Shown: positions 35,539 through 44,561, counted from the first letter of the stretch. The stretch is DNA of 64,000 nucleotides from an uncultured Bacilli bacterium (GCA_947625535.1 CANQOR010000002.1:9507-73506); one strand, 5' to 3'. The notes: generated by a model from the sequence alone, not told the origin. Made by a program: numbers and translations.

Positions 35539-38007
35539 ATGGCACAAGATTCTGATAAAAAAATAAAAGTAGGATTAGAAATTCCTATTGAAGATGAAGA
35601 TGAGTTTAGAGAAGAAGATAAAAGGTTAGATAAAGCACAAGAAGATGCTAAAAGAGTAGCTGATGCTCCTAAACAAACGCCATCTTTAGAACGAGATACT
35701 TCAACAGGTTATAATCCTAATAGATATCAAAATACTGGAACTGAACCTGCTCGTAGAACAAGTTCTTTAAATAGAGATAATGAATTAAGTAGAAAGCCAG
35801 CTAGTGGTGATGCTTCTAAACCAGCTCTACCAACTAAGCAAACGCCAGCAGAAGCTAAACCACAGGATAGGAAGGAAACAGCTCCTGATGTTGGTAAAGA
35901 TTATGGTGAAGGGACTCCTCCTAGTTATCCTAAATATGGAGAGATGCCTAGTCAAGGAACACAAGAATCACCAGTAGGGGAACAATCACCTATGGTTGCA
36001 TCACCTAAATATAATCCTGAAGATTTTGAATCTGGACATGGTGGTTTAGAGAAAAAAGATGAAGATAAATTAGATGCACCAGATGAAAAAGAAAAAGAAC
36101 CAAAAGAAGAACCAAAGGGAGAAGACGGAGAAAGAAAAACAGCAGGTGATGAAGTTGAACAAAATCCGATGGCTTCTAAAAAAGTTAATCCTCAAGATGA
36201 AGTAGCCAAAGAAGCTCCTTCAGAAACTTCTCCTGGTAATGGATATGGAGCTTTAAAAAATAGAAGTAAGAGTAATCCAGAACAAACACAAGATACAGAG
36301 AATGCACGTAAAAATTTAAGATTTTCACAACGTGTTTCACAAAATCAAGCTCAAGAAAATGGAACTAATCCAGCTGGAAGAAGTTCTTCGGGAAGTATAA
36401 ATGAACCAGCTCAAGAATCTCTTGGTTCAAGATTAAGAAATAGATTAAGTGGTATTTTTAATGGTAATACACAAAGAGATGTTTCAAATGGACATGGTCG
36501 TAATAGTGGGGATGGAAATAATCCATTTAATGCGGCTTTTAGTCAATTAAAAAAGTCAATAATAGAGTTTTTAAAAACACATCCTCATGTAGCAGTTATT
36601 ATTGCAGCGATTATTTTATTAGTTTTAATACTATTTATTTGGTTAGTAAATGAAACATATAATAATAATGGGCATGGAGCAGGAGCTCGTTGTACTTATT
36701 CATTAAGTGGTGTTTTATCAACAGGAACTGTTAATTTAGAGGGACTTCAAGTAGAAGTAGTTAATTGTGATGCTAGTGCTAATAATTATACAGTATTAGA
36801 AACTGTTGATTTTGAAAAGTATGTTGTTGGGGTTGCTTTAGCTGAAACTGGTTATTCAGATTCTACTGTTGAAGCATTTAAAACACAAATTGTAGCAGCT
36901 AGAGGATTTGCTTTAACACGTAATAGTTCAATGTGTCCAAGTAATCCAGATGATTGTTTTTATGGATATAATCCTAATACAGGTAAGATAAGACTTAGAG
37001 CTTGTACGAATGATCAAGTTTATTGTGATTATGATAGAGATTGTTATCGTATGACTAGAGGATCTAGCCCAGCTTTATTTAGTCCAGAAATAGATGAAAA
37101 TACATCAGGAGCTTATGTATGGAAAGGTCAACTAAGTGAAGAGTTAAAAGCTAAAGTATTAGCAGCTGCTGATGAAGTAAAAGGAAAAGTTTTATTAGAT
37201 GAATCAGGTAATGTTGCTCATACTAATTATGTTAATACGGATCAACAACATTGGGTTGAACTAGCTAATCAAGGAAAGACATATGATGAAATATTAATTG
37301 AACACTATGGCGGTGGCAATGTATCTGGAGCAACTTGTACAAGTGGTGTTATTGATTATGGTGATTATGTATTATCATCAGAAGGACATACAATATTACA
37401 TGAACCTTTAGATGGTTTCTTAGAAAAAAATGGAACTAGTTTAGAAGCATTTAATGGTTTAATAGCGGAAAACGTTGATAAAGCTGGATATGGAACAAGA
37501 GCTGGTGTAGTTGCAGCAGCAGTTACATTAATAGCTGAACTTGGTAATAATTATGGTGTTAAAGTACCTTACTATTGGGGTGGTGGACACTATGATGGTG
37601 TTGTAGATGGAGCACTAGGTTATTGGGGAAGTACACAATGTCATACTTATGCTAATAATCAATCATATGATTATTGTGGTTTCGATTGTTCAGGATTCGT
37701 TCCTTGGGCGATTAAAAATGGTGGATTTAATATTTCCCAAATGTTAGCTGGTAATTTCCAAAATCTACCTGGAGTAAGAAGAGTTAATTTATCAAATAGT
37801 GCTGTTTTACAACCTGGAGATTTACTAGAATCTAGTGGTCATATAGTATTAGTTGTTGGTATAGAAGAATCTTCTGGTAATTATATATGTGCTGAAGCAA
37901 GTGGAAATGCAGCAGGAGTATTATTTACACGTCGACCATTCAATAGTAGCGGTTACTGGGGAGTTGAAATGGATGGTTTCTATGAAACTCATCAAAGGAG
38001 CAAGTAA
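35539..38007 (+). CDS. T4SS-associated cell-wall hydrolase: disordered N-terminal region + TM + SpoIID-like domain + NlpC/P60 endopeptidase domain
   Basis: SpoIID-like signature EKYVVGVALAETGYSDSTVEAFKTQIVAARGFALTRN. NlpC/P60 region YYWGGGHYDG...GFDCSGFVPWA (Cys) ...SGHIVLVVG (His). One TM helix near aa 350. Confidence 0.8.
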   Translation: MAQDSDKKIKVGLEIPIEDEDEFREEDKRLDKAQEDAKRVADAPKQTPSLERDTSTGYNPNRYQNTGTEPARRTSSLNRDNELSRKPASGDASKPALPTKQTPAEAKPQDRKETAPDVGKDYGEGTPPSYPKYGEMPSQGTQESPVGEQSPMVASPKYNPEDFESGHGGLEKKDEDKLDAPDEKEKEPKEEPKGEDGERKTAGDEVEQNPMASKKVNPQDEVAKEAPSETSPGNGYGALKNRSKSNPEQTQDTENARKNLRFSQRVSQNQAQENGTNPAGRSSSGSINEPAQESLGSRLRNRLSGIFNGNTQRDVSNGHGRNSGDGNNPFNAAFSQLKKSIIEFLKTHPHVAVIIAAIILLVLILFIWLVNETYNNNGHGAGARCTYSLSGVLSTGTVNLEGLQVEVVNCDASANNYTVLETVDFEKYVVGVALAETGYSDSTVEAFKTQIVAARGFALTRNSSMCPSNPDDCFYGYNPNTGKIRLRACTNDQVYCDYDRDCYRMTRGSSPALFSPEIDENTSGAYVWKGQLSEELKAKVLAAADEVKGKVLLDESGNVAHTNYVNTDQQHWVELANQGKTYDEILIEHYGGGNVSGATCTSGVIDYGDYVLSSEGHTILHEPLDGFLEKNGTSLEAFNGLIAENVDKAGYGTRAGVVAAAVTLIAELGNNYGVKVPYYWGGGHYDGVVDGALGYWGSTQCHTYANNQSYDYCGFDCSGFVPWAIKNGGFNISQMLAGNFQNLPGVRRVNLSNSAVLQPGDLLESSGHIVLVVGIEESSGNYICAEASGNAAGVLFTRRPFNSSGYWGVEMDGFYETHQRSK

Positions 38008-38009
38008 TT

Positions 38010-38762
38010 ATGAAAAAAAGATTGATATTATTAATTAGTTTTCTATTTTTGTTATGTGGTTGTACAGCTAATGTTAATATAGAAGTTAAAGAAAATGGAA
38101 TAAATGAAGAAGTTTTAATAACAGATACTTTTACTGATGCAACAATTAAAGAACAAGTTAAGAATCGTTATATAGAATTTGTTCCGGCTTTTGCTGAAGA
38201 TGTAATAGTAGATACAATGCCAGAAAAAATGCCTGGTGTTAAGTATTATGATCGAGAAATTAGTGAAATTAATAATGGATATAATGTAAAATATGAATAT
38301 TTCTTTGGAACTGCTAATTATTTAAAAGCAAGAACTGTTAAGAATGGTTTTAAATCTTCTGCTTTACAAAAAGATACTAAAGAAGAAACATTAACATTAT
38401 CTACTGATAGTGGAGGTTTATTATACTTTAAAGATTATCCTGAGTTAGCTCAAGTAAGAGTTAATATTACTTCTGTGTATAAAGTATTAGAAAGTAATGC
38501 TGATAGTGTAAATGGTAATGTTTATAGTTGGGTATTTACACCAACTACTAAGAAAAGTATTTATATATTGTATGATACTAAGAAAGAAGATACTGTAGGT
38601 GATCCAGAAAAGGAAGATACTAAAGAAGAAAATGAATCTTCTAAAAATGAGAAGACAGGTATTGAAAAATTTATGAATGATCATCCAATATTAATTGCAT
38701 CTTGTTTACTTGTATTATTTTTGATTTTTGTTATAATATCAACTAAGATTTTTAAGAAATAA
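38010..38762 (+). CDS. lipoprotein with C-terminal TM helix (T4SS accessory, function unknown)
   Basis: Lipobox-like FLLCGC after a signal peptide, and a C-terminal hydrophobic helix + KIFKK. 2-nt gap after the hydrolase gene. Confidence 0.5.
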   Translation: MKKRLILLISFLFLLCGCTANVNIEVKENGINEEVLITDTFTDATIKEQVKNRYIEFVPAFAEDVIVDTMPEKMPGVKYYDREISEINNGYNVKYEYFFGTANYLKARTVKNGFKSSALQKDTKEETLTLSTDSGGLLYFKDYPELAQVRVNITSVYKVLESNADSVNGNVYSWVFTPTTKKSIYILYDTKKEDTVGDPEKEDTKEENESSKNEKTGIEKFMNDHPILIASCLLVLFLIFVIISTKIFKK

Positions 38763-38836
38763 ATAAAAGGAATTACTCCTTTTATTTTTGACTTGTTATG
38801 TAGTATAATATTAATAGATTTGGGGTGTATAGTCTC

Positions 38837-41545
38837 ATGAAATTTCGTATTTCTAGTAAAGATTTAGTAATGTTTATTGTTTTTGCTTGTTTTTTACTTT
38901 ATTTATGTGCAATAGCAACAACAAATATTAGTTATTTTGGTTCAACTGGTTCATTTTATGGATTGAATCCAATCCCAGGTTTTACCGAATATTTAGGAGC
39001 AACAGTAGTATTGTTTCTAATTTTGGTTGTTTTAATTTTTACCAGTGTATCTTCTTTAGTTTTTGAAAGAAAAGATGGTATTGGTTTTGAAATAGGGGAA
39101 AAAGATAATAAAGGTTATTCTAGATGGTCAAAAGATCGTGAAATAAAAAATGATAAAGGAGTAGAAATAGTTGATCCTTTATCACAAGAGACTACAGTAG
39201 CTGGTATTCCTTTAGTTAATGATGGAAAAAGATTATGGGTTGATAATGGTGAATATCATAACTTAGTAATAGGTTCAACTGGTTCAGGTAAATCTCAAAC
39301 AATAGTTGAACCTATGGTTGAATTATTAATTAAAAAAGGCGAAAGTATGATTATTACTGACCCTAAAGGTGAATTATATAAAGCATCAAGTGATTATATG
39401 CGTCAAAGAGGATATAACGTTGTTATTCTTAACTTCCGTGAACCACAAAATGGTAATGCTTGGAACCCTCTTACTTTACCTTACCAATATTATAAAGATG
39501 GAAATGTAGATAAAGCTACAGAATTATTGGATGACGTTGCTTTAAATATTTTGTATGATCCTAATAATAAGGGTGAACCTTTCTGGGAAAAGTCAGCTGC
39601 TGACTACTTCTCAGGTTTAGCATTAGGATTATTTGAAGATGCTAAAATTGAAGAAATAAATCTTAACTCTATTAATTTAATGAGTACAGTTGGTGAAGAA
39701 AAGTTTGCTGCTAGTAATTATATTAAAGAGTATTTTACTTTAAAAGGTGAAGATTCAAATGCTTATGTATTTGCTTCTAATACAATTAATGCTCCTTCAG
39801 ATACTAAAGGTGGTATTTTATCTGTATTTAGACAAAAGATAAGATTATTTGCTTCACGTGATAATTTATCAGAGATGCTTGCTTATAGTGATTTTGATAT
39901 GCGTAATATCGGAAAAGAAAAAACAGCAGTATTTATAGTTATTCATGATGAAAAAACAACATATCATGGATTAGCAACAATTTTTATTAAACAAGTTTAT
40001 GAAACGTTAATTGATGTTGCTCAAGCTAATGGTGGTAAATTACCATATCGTACTAATTTTATCTTAGATGAGTTCGCTAATATGCCACCTCTTAAAGATG
40101 TTACAACAATGGTTACAGCAGCACGTTCTCGTGCCATTAGATTTACATTTATTATTCAAAACTTTGCTCAATTAAAAAGTGTTTATGGTAATGAAGATGC
40201 TGAAACAATTAAGGGTAACTGTGGTAATTTAGTTTACTTAATTAGTACAGAATTAGCAGCCTTAGAAGAAATTAGTAAAATGTGTGGAGAAGTAAAATCA
40301 AGTGATAAAGATAAAACAGCTTCTACACCATTAGTTACAGTTACTGATTTACAAAAATTAAAATTATTTGAAGCTATTATTATTAGATGGCGTTTAGCTC
40401 CATTTAAGACAAAATATACACCAAACTTTAAAATGGATTGGGGACATCCAAAATCTGAGGCAGTGTATCCAACGAGAGAGAAAAAACCAGTACAGAAGTT
40501 TGATGTAAAAGAATTTACTAAGAAGAAAAAGAGTGAAAAAATTAAAAATTCTTTAAATGAAAGTACTAATTCTATGCCAAGTAATGGTAATCCTTTTAGA
40601 AGCCCTGGTGATAATCCATTTGGAGCTGGTCCATTTGGTGGTGCTAGTCCATTTGCTAATCCAGAATCTAAGGGTGATAATGGATTATTTGGTGGCTTAG
40701 GTGGTGGATTAGATCTTGATGCGATGATGAGAGATATCGACAGAAAAATTGCTGAATTAGATGCTGAAGAAGCTCGTCAGAAAGAGGAACAATCTAAATT
40801 AAAAGCTAGTGAAAAAGATAAAGAAGATAATCAATTACCAATGCCTAGTATTGATGATGATATAAATAATCAAATTGAGGATATGATAATTGGTCAAGAA
40901 GAGAGTAAAATAAAAGATGTTACTCCTGAAGAGATTAGCGAACCTAAAATAGAACCTAGTAAACCAGTTGTTGATTCATTTAATATCTTTAATTCTAAAT
41001 CAACTAATAATGAAGAAAACATAGATTTATTAAGGGATGAAAAGAATAATGAAGTTACTATAGGTAATGAAAAAGCAAGTATTGCTGTAGCTACTAGTAG
41101 TCCTTTAGAAGATGTTGATACTTATGAAACTCTACCAAAAGTAGAAAATGCTTCAATAATCCAACCTAGTTATAATAGTGGTACAGTAGTTAAAACAAAT
41201 AGTGAAGATTATAATATTTATAATAGTGTTCCTAATATAATGGATACTGTAAAAGATGATGTTAAATCTGAAGAAACTATAAAAGAAGAACTTAAAGAAT
41301 TTAAAAAACCAGTAACAACATATAGTGTAGAACCTAAAGTAAAAGAAGAACCAAAAACTAATGAATATAATATCTTTAATACACCAGTTACTAAAGAAGA
41401 TGAAGTAACAGAAAATATTAAAAAGATGGAAAATACAGTAGAAGAAAAAGCTAATGTAAATATTGATCCTGATAAAGTAGTAATTAAAGATAATAATGTT
41501 ATTACAGATGATGAATTCTTTGATGACTTTTTTGGCGATGACTAA
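38837..41545 (+). CDS. virD4: VirD4/TraG-type type IV coupling protein with a roughly 350-aa acidic low-complexity C-terminal tail
   Basis: Start set at ATG 38837 after GGGGTG. Two N-terminal TM helices, Walker A GSTGSGKSQT, Walker B FILDEFANMP. Confidence 0.85.
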   Translation: MKFRISSKDLVMFIVFACFLLYLCAIATTNISYFGSTGSFYGLNPIPGFTEYLGATVVLFLILVVLIFTSVSSLVFERKDGIGFEIGEKDNKGYSRWSKDREIKNDKGVEIVDPLSQETTVAGIPLVNDGKRLWVDNGEYHNLVIGSTGSGKSQTIVEPMVELLIKKGESMIITDPKGELYKASSDYMRQRGYNVVILNFREPQNGNAWNPLTLPYQYYKDGNVDKATELLDDVALNILYDPNNKGEPFWEKSAADYFSGLALGLFEDAKIEEINLNSINLMSTVGEEKFAASNYIKEYFTLKGEDSNAYVFASNTINAPSDTKGGILSVFRQKIRLFASRDNLSEMLAYSDFDMRNIGKEKTAVFIVIHDEKTTYHGLATIFIKQVYETLIDVAQANGGKLPYRTNFILDEFANMPPLKDVTTMVTAARSRAIRFTFIIQNFAQLKSVYGNEDAETIKGNCGNLVYLISTELAALEEISKMCGEVKSSDKDKTASTPLVTVTDLQKLKLFEAIIIRWRLAPFKTKYTPNFKMDWGHPKSEAVYPTREKKPVQKFDVKEFTKKKKSEKIKNSLNESTNSMPSNGNPFRSPGDNPFGAGPFGGASPFANPESKGDNGLFGGLGGGLDLDAMMRDIDRKIAELDAEEARQKEEQSKLKASEKDKEDNQLPMPSIDDDINNQIEDMIIGQEESKIKDVTPEEISEPKIEPSKPVVDSFNIFNSKSTNNEENIDLLRDEKNNEVTIGNEKASIAVATSSPLEDVDTYETLPKVENASIIQPSYNSGTVVKTNSEDYNIYNSVPNIMDTVKDDVKSEETIKEELKEFKKPVTTYSVEPKVKEEPKTNEYNIFNTPVTKEDEVTENIKKMENTVEEKANVNIDPDKVVIKDNNVITDDEFFDDFFGDD

Positions 41546-41569
41546 TTAATTAAGTCATCTCTTTTTTTT
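41537..41569 (+). terminator. intrinsic terminator closing the accessory locus
   Basis: Stem gatgact (41537-41543) / agtcatc (41553-41559), followed by TCTTTTTTTT. It overlaps the stop codon. Confidence 0.55.
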
Positions 41570-41594
41570 ATCATAAAATATATAGGGGGATTTA

Positions 41595-41843
41595 ATGAAA
41601 AAGATATTACTAAGTGAATATAAAGATAATATGGGAATCTTTATAGATGTTAATAATAATGATAGTCAAATAGTAAAAAATAGTATTCATATTCCGTATG
41701 AAAAACTATTAATTAATCATAAAGAATTATTAGATAAAAATAAAAAATATTATATATATTGTAATGGAGGAATAAAATCTAAAAAAGCAGTTAATATTTT
41801 AGACTTTTATGGTTATGATGTTACTTATATTGTAAAAGATTAG
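41595..41843 (+). CDS. single-domain rhodanese-like protein
   Basis: 82 aa with active-site-like loop YCNGGIKSKKA. Confidence 0.55.
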   Translation: MKKILLSEYKDNMGIFIDVNNNDSQIVKNSIHIPYEKLLINHKELLDKNKKYYIYCNGGIKSKKAVNILDFYGYDVTYIVKD

Positions 41844-41908
41844 ACATTGTAAAGAGGTGTTCGATTGTCTTTTAATCTTTATTAAACTATAATAATATTG
41901 TGATGTTT

Positions 41909-42499
41909 ATGGAGTCTTTAGTTAGTTTAAATGAATGGTTAAATGATTTTTTATTGAATTTAGGATTAATAGCTCCATTATTTTGTTGTATATTAATTTT
42001 TTTAGAAGGTACTTTAGCTTTTTTACCTTTATTTGTATTTATAACAATTAATGTTTTAACATTAGGTCCTATATTAGGATGTTTAATTTCATGGATATTT
42101 ACGGTAGCTGGTTCTTTTGTGAATTTTATGCTATCGAGAAAATTATTTAGTGGTTTTGTTCAAAGAAGAGTAAAAAAGAAAAAGAAGTTAGCAAAAATAA
42201 TGAATGCAATAAATAAGTTAAAGTTTTCACAATTAGTTTTAATAATAGCTATTCCTTTTACACCATCTTTTTTTATAAATTTGGGAGCTGGAATATCTAA
42301 AATACCTAAAGTAAAATACTTTTATGCTTTATTAATTGCTAAAATATTTATTGTAGTATTTTGGGGGTATATAGGAAGTAATTTAATAGAATGTTTAATT
42401 AATCCAATTGAAATAATTAAAGTAATAGTATTAGTAATAATAGCTTATATGTTTAGTAAGTTTGTTAATAAAAAATTTAATATAGATGAGAGGTATTAG
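41909..42499 (+). CDS. TVP38/TMEM64 (DedA-related, SNARE-associated) membrane protein
   Basis: Polytopic membrane protein with family-like segments FLEGTLAFLPLFVF and PFTPSFFINLGAGISKIP. Confidence 0.65.
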   Translation: MESLVSLNEWLNDFLLNLGLIAPLFCCILIFLEGTLAFLPLFVFITINVLTLGPILGCLISWIFTVAGSFVNFMLSRKLFSGFVQRRVKKKKKLAKIMNAINKLKFSQLVLIIAIPFTPSFFINLGAGISKIPKVKYFYALLIAKIFIVVFWGYIGSNLIECLINPIEIIKVIVLVIIAYMFSKFVNKKFNIDERY

Positions 42500-42501
42500 A
42501 A

Positions 42502-43578
42502 ATGGAATATGTAATAATAGTTTTATTAATTATATTAATAGTATTAGTAATTATTAATTTACTTAAAAAAGATGATGATAAAGATATTGTTGAAAGATTA
42601 GGTAAATTAGAGAAAAATGTTAGTGGTGATTTAGCAGATTTTAAGTTTGATATTAATAAATATTTAACAGAAGATTTTAATAAATTAAATGAAAAAATAG
42701 AACAGAAATTAATGTTAATAAATGATAAAGTAAATGAAAGAATAGATCAAAATTTTGAAAAAACTAATAAAACATTTAATAATATATTAGAAAGATTAAC
42801 TAAGATAGATGAAGCACAAAAGAAGATAGATAGTTTATCTAGTGAAATAGTTGGGTTACAAAGTGTTTTAACTGATAAAAAAACTAGAGGTATATTTGGG
42901 GAAGTTAATTTAAATTATATTTTATCGAGTGTCTTTGGTGAAAAAACAGGAACTATTTATGATATTCAATATACTATGAGTAATGGCTCAATAGCTGATT
43001 CTATTTTATATGCTCCAGAACCATTAGGTACAATTTGTATAGATAGTAAATTTCCATTAGAAAATTATGAACGAATGACTGATAAATCTTTATCTAATAG
43101 TGAAAGAGAAGCAGCAACTAAGTTATTTAAAAGTGATGTTAAAAAACATATAGATGCTATTGCTAATAAATATATTATACCTGGAGAGACAGCTGATGAA
43201 GCAATTATGTTCTTACCAGCAGAAGCTATCTTTGCAGAGATTAATGCTTATCATCCTGAATTACTTCGTTATTCTTATGAAAAGAAAGTATGGATTACTA
43301 GTCCAACTACTTTAATGAGTACTTTAACTATAATTCAAATGATAATTAAGAATATGGAAAGAGATAAGTATGCTAAAATTATTCATGTTGAATTAAATAA
43401 ATTAAGTAGCGAATTTGCTAAGTATCGTGAAAGATGGGATAAGTTATCTAGAAGTATAGATACTGTAACTAAAGATATTAAAGATATTAATATTACGACT
43501 GAAAAAATAACTAAAAGATTTGATTCTATAAATAGTGTAGATGTTGGTTTAATAGAGAATAAACAAGAAGATGAATAA
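42502..43578 (+). CDS. rmuC: DNA recombination protein RmuC
   Basis: N-terminal TM helix, coiled coil, and a C-terminal nuclease-like region (RGIFGEVNL...DSKFPLENY...MFLPAEAIF). Confidence 0.8.
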   Translation: MEYVIIVLLIILIVLVIINLLKKDDDKDIVERLGKLEKNVSGDLADFKFDINKYLTEDFNKLNEKIEQKLMLINDKVNERIDQNFEKTNKTFNNILERLTKIDEAQKKIDSLSSEIVGLQSVLTDKKTRGIFGEVNLNYILSSVFGEKTGTIYDIQYTMSNGSIADSILYAPEPLGTICIDSKFPLENYERMTDKSLSNSEREAATKLFKSDVKKHIDAIANKYIIPGETADEAIMFLPAEAIFAEINAYHPELLRYSYEKKVWITSPTTLMSTLTIIQMIIKNMERDKYAKIIHVELNKLSSEFAKYRERWDKLSRSIDTVTKDIKDINITTEKITKRFDSINSVDVGLIENKQEDE

Positions 43579-43590
43579 TCTTCTTGTTTT

Positions 43591-44325
43591 TTAACGAAAC
43601 CAATACATTGTAAAAAGAGATAGTATTATTAAGTAAATAGATATTTTATATAATTGATTATTTTTTATTAAACGTTTTAAATATTTTAATAATGATAAAG
43701 ATACTATAATACCAATAATTAAACTTATTAATAGATAAATAAGATCTGTAGAAGTTAGTAAGTAGTTAAAACTATTAAAGGAATGAATAAATAAAGATGG
43801 TAAAGTAATAAATAAGGATAATTTATATGAAGTATTTTTATTTAGTTTTATAATATAACAAGCTAGTAAGTTAATTAAAAGTAAAGGAAGACCATTTATA
43901 ATAGATAGTAAATTAAAGATAATTAAAAATAGATAGTTTTTAATTGTAAGATTAGATAGTTTTTTAGGATTAGTTTTATTAGAAGTAATTAGTAATAATA
44001 AGGAGATAATTAAAAATAAGTAAGGGATTTTTTTAATAGTTAGGATTTGTTTTGAAGTAATAAAGATATTAAGTAAATTTATAATAGTAGTAAGAATAAG
44101 TATCTTAATGAATGTTTTAATGGGTATGTGATGATAATTTTTTAAAAGATATAAAGTAATAGCAAAAAAAGGAGATAAAATAAATAAAGAGTTTAAGTAA
44201 GGATAGTTAAATATTTTGGTATTAAATAAATTTTGAAATAAAATGATATGAGAGGGATATGAAAGGGGTAAGATATTAGTAATACTTGATAAGAGAGAAA
44301 GTATTAAATATGTAATAAATTGCAT
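43591..44325 (-). CDS. polytopic membrane protein, weakly UppP/BacA-like
   Basis: ITNILPLSYPSHIILFQ resembles the UppP LTEFLPVSSSGHLIL motif, but the rest is very degenerate. Confidence 0.35.
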   Translation of the reverse strand: MQFITYLILSLLSSITNILPLSYPSHIILFQNLFNTKIFNYPYLNSLFILSPFFAITLYLLKNYHHIPIKTFIKILILTTIINLLNIFITSKQILTIKKIPYLFLIISLLLLITSNKTNPKKLSNLTIKNYLFLIIFNLLSIINGLPLLLINLLACYIIKLNKNTSYKLSLFITLPSLFIHSFNSFNYLLTSTDLIYLLISLIIGIIVSLSLLKYLKRLIKNNQLYKISIYLIILSLFTMYWFR

Positions 44326-44374
44326 TGAATCACCTAATTAATTATATTTTTTATTTATTAAAATATAATTAATT

Positions 44375-44557
44375 ATGAATAAATTAATTAAGTATTTAGT
44401 AGGAATATTTTGTATAGGGTTTTCATTAAGTATTGTTATTATATATTCTAATTTATTAATATATGGTTTAGGTATTAAAGATTTTTTATTATATATAGTT
44501 AAGACTTGGGAATTTTATTTATTACCTTTAGGTATTTATCTTATTATAAAAAGATAG
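44375..44557 (+). CDS. small two-TM membrane protein
   Basis: 60-aa hydrophobic ORF. Coding status uncertain. Confidence 0.3.
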   Translation: MNKLIKYLVGIFCIGFSLSIVIIYSNLLIYGLGIKDFLLYIVKTWEFYLLPLGIYLIIKR

Positions 44558-44561
44558 ATTA

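Noticed and set aside
11774-41569. Calling the 30 kb locus an integrative conjugative element or prophage
   Set aside because: No integrase, recombinase, relaxase, Rep, capsid or terminase-like ORF is visible, and there are no flanking direct repeats or tRNA boundary. It is therefore not annotated as a mobile_element. An origin from a decayed ICE remains possible.
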